Source: an uncultured delta proteobacterium
GTDB taxonomy: Bacteria > Myxococcota_A > Polyangia > Haliangiales > Haliangiaceae
DNA length: 64,000 nucleotides
Reading direction: 5' to 3'
Assembly: GCA_963848295.1 (NCBI GenBank)
Contig: CAWKDB010000002.1
Span: forward strand, 864,001 to 928,000
Shown here: piece by piece, positions 42,213 through 54,012 of the stretch
Position numbering within the stretch: position 1 is the stretch's first letter
How the letters are laid out: each line of letters opens with the position of its first letter
Notes under the pieces: generated by a model
Told to the model about the DNA's origin: nothing
The model's database searches: none
Seen by the model: only the letters and a program-made list of their open reading frames with translations
Made by a program: the position numbers and the translations under genes

Positions 42213-44672
42213 TCATTTCGTTTCCGCGAGCTCGCGCAGCCCGCGCAGCGCGCCCTTGGCGGTCTCCGCGTGATCGACGAGCGACTCGATCGCATCGCCG
42301 ACCGCTTGGATCGTCTCTTGATCGTCGGACTTGAGGTTTGGTAGCTCGCCCTGGACGAGCACGACGTTGTTGCGGATCTCCGACAGGATGTCGTTGATCG
42401 CGTCGTAGACATCTTTCGCGCGCTTCGCGAGCTCGGTGACCGACAGCGTCGAGCCGGCGGCGTCGATCACCGCTTCGGCCTGGGCGTCGGCGTTCGCGCG
42501 CGCACGTGCGGCTTCGGCGCGCGCCTTCTGCGCGTCGGTCTTCGCGGCATCGACCGCGGCTTCGAGCGTCTTCTGCGAGCGCTCGGCTTGCTCGGCGCGC
42601 GCGACCGCATCTGCGAGCTTGCGCTCGGCCGCTTCGCGCTCGCGTTGCGCTTCGGCCGGATCGGCGACCGCGGGCGCGGGTGCCCCCTGTGTCTTCTCGA
42701 GGTCTGCGACCTTGCGGCGGAGCTTGTCGAGCTCGCGCCGAGCGTCGTCACCGCCGGTCGATGCAGCATCGCGAGCCTTCGCCGAGGCGAGCGCCTCTTC
42801 GGCGGAGCGATGGCGCGCGACCTCGGCCTTGGCGAGCGCGTCCTGCGCGACGTTGCGCGCGCTCTCGGCGGCGAGCTTGCCGTGCACCGCTTCTTGGAGC
42901 TCGACCTCGACCTGCGCGAGCTTGCCCTCGAGTCGGCCGCGATCGCGCTCGGCGAGGTCGTATTGCTCGGACAGGCGCTCGCGATCGGCTTCGAGCTTCT
43001 TGAGCTCGACGCGGACGTCCTTCATGTCCGAGGTCAGCCGCATCATGTGATCGCCCTGGCTGCTGCCGGCGCGCGAGCCGTCGGTCTGGCTCTCGACGAG
43101 CAACCGACCGAGCCGCTTGTTCTCTTCTTCGATCGCGACGATCTGCGCGCTCATCCGCGACGAGGTCGTCGCCGCTTCGTCGCGCTCGGCCTTGAGCTGT
43201 GCGACCTGCTTGAGCGTCTTCTCCTTGTCGGCGCGCAGCTCCTTGATGACTTCTTCTTGCGAGATCAGACCGACCCGGCGCTCTTCGAGCATCCGCTCCT
43301 GCTCGTTGATCACTTCGCGCAGGTGCTCGATCTCGGTGAGCTGTTCGTTGAGCTTCTTCCAGCCCTCGTCCTTGGTGCGCGACAGCTCCATCAGCTGGCG
43401 GTTGAGGTCCTGCATGTCCTCGCGGATCTTCGCAGCGTCCTCTTGGGCGCGCGCCGCTTGGCGCTCGCGAGCCGCCATGTTCTCGGCCATCTCGCCGACT
43501 TCGCCGCGCAGCTTGTTGTGCTCGTCGCGCGTCTGTTGCAGCTCGTCGCGCAGCTGATCGGCGACGCGATCGTGGGCCGCGACCTGCTCCTCGCGATCGC
43601 TCACCGCCGCGCGCAGCTCCTCGATCCTGTCGCGCAACGTTGCCGACTCGGCGCGCACTCGCTTGCCGTCCGCGACCTCACGCTCGTAGCCCGCGTTCGC
43701 TTTCTCGACGTCGGCCTTGAGCTGCTTGATCTCGCCTTCGAGCTTGCGCGGGTCGACCTCGAGACCGAGATCGACCATGACCTTCTTCTCGCCGTCGTCG
43801 ACGCGCTGCGCCGGCGCGTTGGTCGCGACCGGACCTCCGCGCCCGAAGATCGACGGCGGGCCGGGCGCGGGCGCACCGGGCATCGCCGGCGGACCGCCAT
43901 ACGGCATGTTCGGCGCGGGCTGCGGTGCGCCGCCGCCGCCGCCACCCGGCATCGCCGGCGGACCACCGTAGGGCATGTTAGCGGCCGGCGCCGGCATCCC
44001 GGGTGGCGCACCATACGGCGCGCCTTGCACCGGCGGGCTGTTGAAACCCTGCGCTCCCGCGGCCGAGCCACCGAAGCCGCCGCGACTCTGGCCGAACAAG
44101 CTCGCGCTCTGATTGAACCCCGGCTGCGACGGCGAATTCCCCGCGCTCGGCATCGCCGGGGGACCGCCGTACGGCATGTTCGGCGCGGGCTGCGGCGCCG
44201 GCGCCATGCCCGGCGGTGGTCCGAACGCGTTGGGACCGCCGATCGGCTGCGGCGGCGGGAAGCCTTGAGGCCCCATCGGCGCGGGCGAGCCGTCGCCGCC
44301 GCGATCGAGCACCATCGTCCCGCCCTTCTTCGCCGGTGGCGTCCCGCCCTGCGGAACCTGTTGCGGCACGATGTTGACGCCGCCCTCGTCGACAAATCGC
44401 ATGACGAGTGAGCCGCACTGGATCACGTCGGTGTGGCCGAGGGCCTGCTTCTGGACCCGGACGTTGTTGAGGTGCGTGCCGTTCGCGCTGCCGAGATCCT
44501 CGACGACGAACCGGCCGTTCTCGAGGCGGAACTGCGCATGGCGGCGCGACACCATGCCGTCATCGGTCCGAACCGCACATTCGAGGCCGCGGCCGACGTA
44601 GACGATGTCGTTCGTGGGGAGCTCGACCGTCCCCTCACGGCCCTGGCTGTCCCGGAAGATCAGGCGCGCCAT
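42213..44672 (-). CDS. FHA domain protein with Pro/Gly linker and long coiled coil
   Basis: VGR..VSRRHA..DLGSANGT; about 500 aa coiled-coil-like C-terminal region. Confidence 0.88.
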   Translation of the reverse strand: MARLIFRDSQGREGTVELPTNDIVYVGRGLECAVRTDDGMVSRRHAQFRLENGRFVVEDLGSANGTHLNNVRVQKQALGHTDVIQCGSLVMRFVDEGGVNIVPQQVPQGGTPPAKKGGTMVLDRGGDGSPAPMGPQGFPPPQPIGGPNAFGPPPGMAPAPQPAPNMPYGGPPAMPSAGNSPSQPGFNQSASLFGQSRGGFGGSAAGAQGFNSPPVQGAPYGAPPGMPAPAANMPYGGPPAMPGGGGGGAPQPAPNMPYGGPPAMPGAPAPGPPSIFGRGGPVATNAPAQRVDDGEKKVMVDLGLEVDPRKLEGEIKQLKADVEKANAGYEREVADGKRVRAESATLRDRIEELRAAVSDREEQVAAHDRVADQLRDELQQTRDEHNKLRGEVGEMAENMAARERQAARAQEDAAKIREDMQDLNRQLMELSRTKDEGWKKLNEQLTEIEHLREVINEQERMLEERRVGLISQEEVIKELRADKEKTLKQVAQLKAERDEAATTSSRMSAQIVAIEEENKRLGRLLVESQTDGSRAGSSQGDHMMRLTSDMKDVRVELKKLEADRERLSEQYDLAERDRGRLEGKLAQVEVELQEAVHGKLAAESARNVAQDALAKAEVARHRSAEEALASAKARDAASTGGDDARRELDKLRRKVADLEKTQGAPAPAVADPAEAQREREAAERKLADAVARAEQAERSQKTLEAAVDAAKTDAQKARAEAARARANADAQAEAVIDAAGSTLSVTELAKRAKDVYDAINDILSEIRNNVVLVQGELPNLKSDDQETIQAVGDAIESLVDHAETAKGALRGLRELAETK

Positions 44673-44744
44673 TGAGGGAAAAATCCTACCACATTCCGCG
44701 ATCTACGCTGGTTTCACCTGAACAGCCGACCCACTAGCACGCAG

Positions 44745-45206
44745 CTAATCGCGCTTGAACACCGCTTCGGTGTTGCCGACGCGGATGATGTCGCCGATCT
44801 CGAGCGTCTTCTTCGGGACCTTGTGACCGTTGACGTACACGCCGTTCGTCGAGCCGAGATCGGCGAGCTCGTAGTTGCCGTCGACCTTGCGAATGCCGGC
44901 GTGCTTGCGCGACACCGCCGGATCGGCGAGCACCACGGTGTTGCCTGCGACCGAGCCGATCGTCGTGACTTCGTCGTTGAGCACGAGCGTCTGGTTCGCC
45001 ATCGGGCCCAAGATGAACTCGAGCCGCGCACCTGGCGACCAATTGCAGAACATGCACTTCTGCCACTGCGGCAGCATCGCGCGGCGGCAGCCGCCGCACA
45101 TGCGCTGACCAGGCGGCGGCGCGCTCTTCTTCGCAACGACGATGAGGAAGATCAGGATCAGCAGCGCTGCCCCGACGATGACCCCGACTAGCGCGCCGGT
45201 CGACAC
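44745..45206 (-). CDS. Membrane-anchored zinc-ribbon + FHA protein
   Basis: N-terminal TM, CGGC..CMFC, VSRKHA..DLGSTNGVYVNG. Confidence 0.85.
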   Translation of the reverse strand: MSTGALVGVIVGAALLILIFLIVVAKKSAPPPGQRMCGGCRRAMLPQWQKCMFCNWSPGARLEFILGPMANQTLVLNDEVTTIGSVAGNTVVLADPAVSRKHAGIRKVDGNYELADLGSTNGVYVNGHKVPKKTLEIGDIIRVGNTEAVFKRD

Positions 45207-45216
45207 GGATCTTGAC

Positions 45217-46749
45217 CTAGTTGATCGACTTGAACTTGAAGTTCGTCTTGCCGAGGGTCACCACGTCGTTATCGACGAGGTCATGTTTTTGGATCTTCTT
45301 GTCGTTGACGTAGCTGCCGTTGGTCGAGCCGTTGTCTAGCAGCGTGAAGCCAGCGGGCGAGCACGTGATCTGGCAGTGCTCGGTGCTCATGAACCCGTCG
45401 TTGACCACGATGTCCGACGGCTGGGTCGTGCCGATCTTCGTCAGGCCCGGGCGCAGGCGATACGTCTGATAGGCGTTCTGACCGTTGAGCGGCACGAGCC
45501 AGCCGACGATCGGGAAGCCATCCTGGTCGCCACCGGCACCGATCATCACGGTCTTCATCGGCCCGGCGGGCTTCGGTGCTTCCATCGGTGCCGGCGCCAT
45601 CTGCATCGGCATCGGCATCGGCTGCTCCTTCTTGCCGAACACCTTCATGCCGATTCCGATCAGCACGATGCCGCCGATCGGAATGACGATCAGCAGCCAC
45701 CACGGGAACCCACCGTGCTTCCGCGGCGACCATTTCGGCGACATCACGAGCGGGCTCGCGTCGGTGTCGTCCTTGTCGATCTTGATGACGAGCTGATGCT
45801 CCTGACCGTCCCAGGTCAGGCCCTGGCCGAGCTTCGGATCGTAGCCCGGAAACGTGACGTACACGCGATCGGCGAGTCGGGCCAGGATGCCTTTGATCGC
45901 GGCGACGATCGTCTGAGCGCCGTTGACGACGGCGGGCGGCGCCAGCTTGTCGATGACGACGACGTCGTCGGGGCTCGACGCCGCCGACTTGTAGACGATC
46001 GCGAACACCTGGATGTGGTCTTGCTTGGCCTGGGTCTTGAGCTCGGCGAGCGCGGTCTTCGCGGCCACCGGATTGGTGTCGCAACCGTCGCCGACGACGA
46101 TCAGCGCCTTGCGGGCCGCCTTTGCCGCGTGCAAGTCGGAGAGCGCCTGCCGCACGGCCTGCACGAGCTCCTTGCCCTTCGTGCCGTAATAATCCTGCTG
46201 GGTGCCGAGCGCACCGCCCGTGACCGCGGACAGTGCGCCCATCGGGATGTTGGTCTTGACCTTGTCGGCGTAGGTCAACAGCTCGCCGACCGAGCCGGGC
46301 GGACCACTCTCGCCGAACTTCACCTCGTCGAGCGCCTTCTCCAGGTCGTTGAGCACGCCGGGCGCGCGCGATTGATCGAGCAGCTGGAGCTTGCCCGGAT
46401 CGTCTTCCTTGACCTGATCATTGCCGATCCACATCTCCCAGCCGAGCATCACGATCGCGACCGCGACCGTCTCGTTGCCTTCGACGTAGTTGCGCAGGTT
46501 CGTCGCCTTGAGCTGGACCGGCACCTTGGCGGTCGGCTCGTAGATCACGAACTTGTCGATCGTCGTGTTCGGCGCGTGGATGATCGTCGCTTCGATCTCC
46601 GGCGCGTTCTTGTGATCGACGTCCTTTGGATCGGTCTTGACCTGGAGATAGACCTCGGGCCCGTCGTTCGCGCCGCCGTCGGCAAACACGGGTCGGACCG
46701 GGCCGAAAGCGACGACGACCGCAGCACACAGCGAGAGCGCCTTCATCAT
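45217..46749 (-). CDS. Signal peptide + vWA-like domain + TM + cytoplasmic FHA protein
   Basis: RKALIVVGDG..IQVFAI; TM WWLLIVIPIGGIVLIGIG; MSTEHC..DNGSTNGSYVN. Confidence 0.8.
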   Translation of the reverse strand: MMKALSLCAAVVVAFGPVRPVFADGGANDGPEVYLQVKTDPKDVDHKNAPEIEATIIHAPNTTIDKFVIYEPTAKVPVQLKATNLRNYVEGNETVAVAIVMLGWEMWIGNDQVKEDDPGKLQLLDQSRAPGVLNDLEKALDEVKFGESGPPGSVGELLTYADKVKTNIPMGALSAVTGGALGTQQDYYGTKGKELVQAVRQALSDLHAAKAARKALIVVGDGCDTNPVAAKTALAELKTQAKQDHIQVFAIVYKSAASSPDDVVVIDKLAPPAVVNGAQTIVAAIKGILARLADRVYVTFPGYDPKLGQGLTWDGQEHQLVIKIDKDDTDASPLVMSPKWSPRKHGGFPWWLLIVIPIGGIVLIGIGMKVFGKKEQPMPMPMQMAPAPMEAPKPAGPMKTVMIGAGGDQDGFPIVGWLVPLNGQNAYQTYRLRPGLTKIGTTQPSDIVVNDGFMSTEHCQITCSPAGFTLLDNGSTNGSYVNDKKIQKHDLVDNDVVTLGKTNFKFKSIN

Positions 46750-47705
46750 CACAGGCTCTTGAACTTCAGCATCGCCGCACCGAACTTGATGAAGTCGTTG
46801 TCGACCAGCTCGTGCTTGTCGATGCGGCGGTTGTTGACGTACGTACCATTCGTCGAGCCGGCGTCGCGTAGCACCCAGATCCCGTTCTCCGCCTTGATCT
46901 CGGCGTGCTTGCTCGACATGAACTTGTCGATCAAGCAGATGTTGCACTTCGGATCGGTGCCGATCGAGGTCACCGGCGCGAGCGTGAACAGCTCGCCCTT
47001 CTGAGCGCCTTGCAGGGGCACGATCCAGCCGAGCAACTGCATGCTGCTCGCGCCACCGGCGGCGTCGAGCATGAACGCCTGCGTCTTCAACGCCTGGAGC
47101 TTGCCCGGAGCGGCGGCGGCTTGCTGCGCCATCTGCGCGCAGTACGGGCACGCGTCCCAGGTCTTATCGAGTTGCTGCTCGCACTGGGTGCAGAACTTCT
47201 TCTTGAAGATCCAGAACCCCTTCGTGCGGATCATCGGGTTCTGCCGGGGCATCCCCGGCATTCCCGGAGGCATTCCCGGGGCGCCCGGCATCCCCTGCGG
47301 TGCGCCTGGCATGCCCGGCATGGGCGGTTGGCCCGGCATCCCTTGTCCTGGCTGCTGCATCGGTTGAGCTCCGTATTGCTGCTGCGGCTGTCCGTACTGT
47401 TGCGGTTGTCCGTACGGTTGCTGCGGTGGTTGCCCGTAGCCTTGTTGTTGCGGTTGCCCGTAGCCTTGTTGTTGCGGTTGCGCGCCGTACGCCTGCTGTG
47501 GTCCGCCCGCCGCGCCGCCGGCCTGAGCGTTCAGCTTGGCGTTGTAGTCCTTCGCCTCGCCGGCCACGCGCTTGGCCCGCCGTCCCATCGCCTTCGATTC
47601 GTTGATGTCCATCTGGATGTTGCCCTTGAAGGACTGCACCCCGATCCACTTGTTGTAGAGCGACCGGAACGGAACGAAGATGAAATCGATGTAGCGAAGG
47701 AACAT
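46749..47705 (-). CDS. Gln/Pro-rich zinc-ribbon + FHA protein
   Basis: QQQGYGQP repeats, CTQC..CPYC, MSSKHA..DAGSTNGTYVN. Confidence 0.85.
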   Translation of the reverse strand: MFLRYIDFIFVPFRSLYNKWIGVQSFKGNIQMDINESKAMGRRAKRVAGEAKDYNAKLNAQAGGAAGGPQQAYGAQPQQQGYGQPQQQGYGQPPQQPYGQPQQYGQPQQQYGAQPMQQPGQGMPGQPPMPGMPGAPQGMPGAPGMPPGMPGMPRQNPMIRTKGFWIFKKKFCTQCEQQLDKTWDACPYCAQMAQQAAAAPGKLQALKTQAFMLDAAGGASSMQLLGWIVPLQGAQKGELFTLAPVTSIGTDPKCNICLIDKFMSSKHAEIKAENGIWVLRDAGSTNGTYVNNRRIDKHELVDNDFIKFGAAMLKFKSL

Positions 47706-47756
47706 GGTCGCGCCGAGGCCCTCGCCTCGGCAGCCGTCATTCTAGCATCGAGCCGC

Positions 47757-49289
<1,533 letters not shown>

Positions 49290-49292
49290 GGA

Positions 49293-50178
49293 TCACTCGT
49301 CTTCCGTAGACTCGACGACTTCTGCGCCGATCCCGATGCCGGACCGCAGGCCGATCGCGAAGAACTCGCGCAATTCGACCTCGCCCGCCTCTTCCGCGAA
49401 CCTCAAGTAATAGTGGGTGTGCGCCGGTTTTTCGAGCTGGATGATCTGGTGGATCCGGATCACCATCTCCGGCGTCACCGCGTCGAACCGGATCGGCATG
49501 TTGACGACGAAGCAGTGTGCGAGATCGACCGGCGGCAGGATCACCGAGTCGATCGCGACCCGCGCGCCCTCTTCGGCATCCTCGCCCTCGAGCCGGAACC
49601 CTTTGAACGGCCACGTGTTCTCTTGCGATCTCGGGCTCGTGGCCGGTGAACAGCTTGAGAAACAGCGACAGGCCGCGCTTCGTGCCGCGGATGCGGTAGA
49701 GGTCGACTGCCCGTTTGACCAGGGCGCGGCGCTGGGTCTCGGGCCAATCGAGATCGAGCGTGAACGCGGTCCAGCCGGCGAGCCAGTCGAGGAACCCGGT
49801 CGGCGACACGTGCGGGTCGTAGAACCGCCAGCCGTCGATCATGTTCATCTCGACGGAGTCGAACATGTGCTCGAACACGAAGCAGACGTCGCGGACGAGG
49901 TTGCGGCCGACCGCATCGCTCCTGCGATAGATCGCCGGCAGGTTCTCGAGCAAGCCGCGCCGCGCGATCCAGATCGTGACCTCGGTGCCCTCGTAGACCA
50001 TCTGGCCGCGCGCCGGCTTCTGCTCGAGCACGGTGTCGCGATCCTCGTAGCTCTCGCGATAGAGCACGACGATCTTCTTCAAGCCCGCATCCTCGAGGAG
50101 GATCTGCGCCTTGACGAGGCCGCGCCCGACGACATCGGGAACGCGGACGACTCGGCGATTGAGGGCCTCGGTGACCAT
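49293..50178 (-). CDS. PASTA domain + phage tail protein I (baseplate wedge); apparent +1 frameshift near 49624
   Basis: VPDVVG..AQILLEDAGL..VLEQKPARG; LPAIY, FLDWLAGW, LYRIRGTKRGL; IIQLEKPAHT in the shifted frame. Confidence 0.82.
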
Positions 50179-53100
50179 TACTTGATGTCGTCTCGAACTT
50201 TCTCGGCGACGTGGACGTGGACCAGGAACGGAAGCTCGTCGTCTTCGAGCCGGAGATGCTCGATTCCGACGTTGCGCTGCTCGTCGCGAATCTCGAGCGC
50301 GTCGACGCCTTCGACGCCGGGCACCTCTTCAGTGAGGTGAATGAGCTCGGTCTTCAACACCGGCCGGCCGAACTCCCAGCCGCGTCCGTCCTTGCCGCCG
50401 ACGAGCGCGTGCAGGAAGCGGCGGAGCTTGAGCTCGATGTCGCGGCGCAACCGATCCGAGGTCCCGATCGATCGGCGGATCAGCACGACGCGCAGCGACA
50501 GATCTTTGTAGCGCGGCCGGACGATGTTGAGCACGGTGCCGACGAGCTTGCGATCCTCGAGGTAATGCTTGACGAACCGCAAGACCTCGTTCGACGGCGA
50601 CAACCGCCGCATCAGCTCCTCGCCGCGCAGCTCCGCCTTCGGCACGACCGCGAGCGTGACGTGACCGCGGCTGGTTCGATCCGGTACGCACTTCGCGCGG
50701 GCGAGCTGGGTCGAGGCCCGTAGGGCGAGCATCTCGTAGTCCTCGGTCGTGACCGCGCGATCGCGGCTCTTGATCGTGTACGGCGCGCGATTCTTGGCTT
50801 CTTCGACGGTCTCGCGATCCGAGCCACCGCTCGCAGGCAGCGGGTTCGTGACCGACTCGACGTATGCGAGCGCGCGCCCGAGCGACGTCAGCGTGTTCGC
50901 ATTGACGTTACCGAGCGCACCGCCGCCGACGCGATACGCGGCCGCGACGATCGAGTTCTTGCCCTCGGTCGGCACCATCCCGCGTCGGCCGTCGCCGAAC
51001 GTGGCGATTCCCGAGACATAGTCGAGCGTGTAGTGACGACTGCGTGGCCCGGACGCGAAGAAGCTATCGACGCGCTTCCACCGAACCCAGACCTCGTTGT
51101 TCTGCGCGTTCTCCGGCTCGGCCTTGCGCACCGCATCGGCACCGATCTCGGCGAGCTCGTCGGCGCTCGGCATGTTGCGTTCGCGGACCTCGATGATCTC
51201 GTCGTCGAGCAACGGCGATCGCATGATCCGAACTTGCTGCAGCGGTGAGCCGTCGGACGAGCCGAGGAGCTCGCCTCGCACGGTCTCGTGGTTGAACGCG
51301 TCGATCGCGTTCGTCACGACCATCCGCACGCGCGGCGGCTTGACATACCCACCCTGCTCGAGTCGCGCGCGCAGCCAGAACCGCTCTTCTGTGAACTTCT
51401 GCGACGCCACCCAATCATCGGGCGCCACGAACATCGTGAAGCCGCTGGCCGTGAAGCCCTGGGTCTCGTCATCGACGGCGAGCGGTTCCCACTCGCGTCC
51501 GTCCCAGTACTCCCACACGACGCGCTGGCCGCTATCCCACTCGAGCCGGCGCGTCGTCTCGTACTTATCGAGCTCGGCGGTCGCGACTTCGGCCTCGTCG
51601 CTCGGCAGCGAGCCCAGACCGAGCTCGTCCTCGAGTTGGAAGAACAATCCGGTGACTTCAGTCCCCGGCCGCGCGACGAACCCGAAGTACAACGCCGGCG
51701 ATTCGTCGGGCTTCGCCGAGAACGGCTGGAAGATCGTGTACTCGGTGCGCGCGACCTCGGTGCAGTCGGTGTACTGGAAGTCGTTGAACGACAGGACGTG
51801 GCGCACATCGCGATAGTCCTCGCGGTAGCGGAACGTGATGCCACGCAGCGCCGGGCGGCCGTAGCTGGCGCTCATCCTTGAACACCCACTTATCGTTCTC
51901 GAGCGTGTAGGTGCCCTGCTCGCCGTAGTCGCCCTTCTCGATGCGAACGCGTACCCACTTCTTCGCGACGCCGTTGATCTCCGTCGCTTCCATGTCCTTC
52001 GGGCGGCGGAAGCTCACCGTTCCGGACTGCGACATCGCCTTGGTATCGTCGTGGAAGCCATACTCGTCGCCAGAGCCCGGTAGCGTGCCGCGCGGCGCGG
52101 TACGGCCGAGATGGCGCCAGCGCTTGCCGTCCCAGTACTCCCACGCGATCACGAGCTGCTCCGAGGCGTTCGGTCGCGGGATCACGGCCGCGTCGGCGAG
52201 CAGCATCTCGATCGAGACGTACGCATCGGCGGTCTGCAGCAGCTCGTCACACGCGAGGTACAGGAGGCAATCGACTTTCGGATCCTTGCCGAAGGGGTAC
52301 AGGTTCTTCGATAGGTCGAGCGCGAGGAATGCGTTGTTGTCGAGGTTCGCGTACGCCTGGGTCGGCAGGAGACCCTCTCCGACGACCTCGACGCGCGCAC
52401 GGATCGTATCGATCTCGGTGTCCTCCGGTGACTCCGGGACTTCCGCGAGCCGGCCGCGCATCCAGAGGCCTTCGATGTGGTTGACCTCGGTCGGGTCGAA
52501 CCGGAGCGGGCCCATGAACGCGACCTCGCCGCGATCGACATCGATCTGCGCGGGGGTCGAGCTCCTTCCAGCGCGTGCCGTCCCAGTGCTCCCACTCGAG
52601 CAAGCGCGCGAGGTCGCGACCGCCGCGCTCGGGTGTGCCGAGGTAGATGCGCAGCAACGATTGGTCGCCGGTGTTCGCGAACCGCGGATCGGACAAGTAC
52701 ACGAAGCGCTCGATCCGCTGCGCGCCGGCGAACACCTCGAACGGCTCGCCGGTCGAGCCCGCCGCCGGGTCGATGTAGCGGCTGTTCTCGGCGTAGCTCT
52801 CGTCGTAATACGAGAAGCAGCGATCGGGCTTCGCGGTCGTGACGACGACGTCGCGCGCGGTCTCGAACGTGACGGTGTGCTCTTCGGTGGCCTGTGGTGT
52901 CGCGACCTGGGTGCCGCGCGGCACGCGTTGTTTGGTCGCTCCATCGACGAGCGAGAACCGCAACAACGCCTTCGCCGCCCGCGGCGCGCGCAGCTTGATG
53001 CCGAGCAAGTTGAGGAACGCGACGTAGTTCTTGTCCGGAACTTGATTGAGGCGATAGATCAGCAGATCGGTCATCCACGCGGCGAGCTCGATCAACGTGA

Positions 53101-53218
53101 TGCCCGGATCCGACGGGTTGTGGTTCGTCCACTCCGGCGCGTAACGCGGGATCATCGAGATGGCTTCCTCGACGATGTCGTTGAAGCTGCGGTCGTCGAG
53201 CTTGGGCGGTGGAATCAT
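50178..53218 (-). CDS. Baseplate J-like assembly protein (gp6/Afp11-like); apparent frameshifts near 52553 and 51854
   Basis: PKLDDRSF..YAPEWTNHNPSDPGITLIEL; FGDGRRGMVP, YRVGGG..GNV, RAVTTEDYE; three contiguous frames. Confidence 0.88.
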
Positions 53219-53232
53219 GGTGGTGCTCGTGA

Positions 53233-53661
53233 CTAGCCGCCGGCGCTGCCGTTGGCCTCATCCTCTTCGTTGCGCAGATAGAACGGAAATACGAGGTTGC
53301 GCTTGTCGTTCTTACCCGCGATCACGTACTCGATGCGGACATCGAGCCGGTTCGGCTCGTCCGGGTTCGGCTGCGCCCCGCACTTGACCTTCTCGACCCG
53401 CGGCTCGAACTTGTAGATCGCTTCCTCGCAAAACACCTCGGCGCGCGCCGCGGTCAGGCCGTTGTTGGGCGCGAACATCAGGTCGTGGATCCGGCAGCCG
53501 AACTGGGGCCGATAGATTCGCTCGCCCGGCGCGGTGCCCAGGATGATGAAGATGCACTGCCGAACGTTCTCCTCGAGCTGAGAAGACGACACGCCGCCGT
53601 TGAGGTTCACCGAAACCGGAAACCGCAGGCCCTTGCCGAGGAAGTCGCGATCGTTCGCCAT
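53233..53661 (-). CDS. GPW/gp25 baseplate protein
   Basis: [37 protein letters not shown]. Confidence 0.93.
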   Translation of the reverse strand: MANDRDFLGKGLRFPVSVNLNGGVSSSQLEENVRQCIFIILGTAPGERIYRPQFGCRIHDLMFAPNNGLTAARAEVFCEEAIYKFEPRVEKVKCGAQPNPDEPNRLDVRIEYVIAGKNDKRNLVFPFYLRNEEDEANGSAGG

Positions 53662-53843
53662 CAGGGTTGAAAGCGGCCCTGGATGAATTTGCCGCACTTG
53701 CTGCACGAGATCCGCGTCGCGTTATCGACCTCTTCGATCGTCAGCGGACGATGATGACAAAACGGGCACGCGATGTCGCTCGGCCGTCCCGCCGCGACCA
53801 TATCGAGCACGTCTTGCCACGCGATCAAGGCTTCCTCGTCCAC
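53661..53843 (-). CDS. Small zinc-ribbon protein
   Basis: AAGGA RBS before GTG; CPFC..CSKC; stop overlaps the gp25 start. Confidence 0.7.
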   Translation of the reverse strand: MDEEALIAWQDVLDMVAAGRPSDIACPFCHHRPLTIEEVDNATRISCSKCGKFIQGRFQP

Positions 53844-54012
53844 CGCGAGAGTCCTTTCATTTCGACCCCTTCGAACGCAGCGTAGATCCTAGGGATCACC
53901 CGCCCCGAGATCAACGCATCGAGGGTTCGAAATGCGGCGTCGGCACACCGTATGTGCCGCCGCTAAAAAAGGTAAATACGGAAGCGGAACCCGAGTTGAG
54001 TATTTCCGGTTC

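Noticed and set aside
49293..53218. Baseplate genes as pseudogenes
   Set aside because: Only single-base shifts with intact motifs, and similar shifts occur in unrelated genes, so sequencing error is more likely
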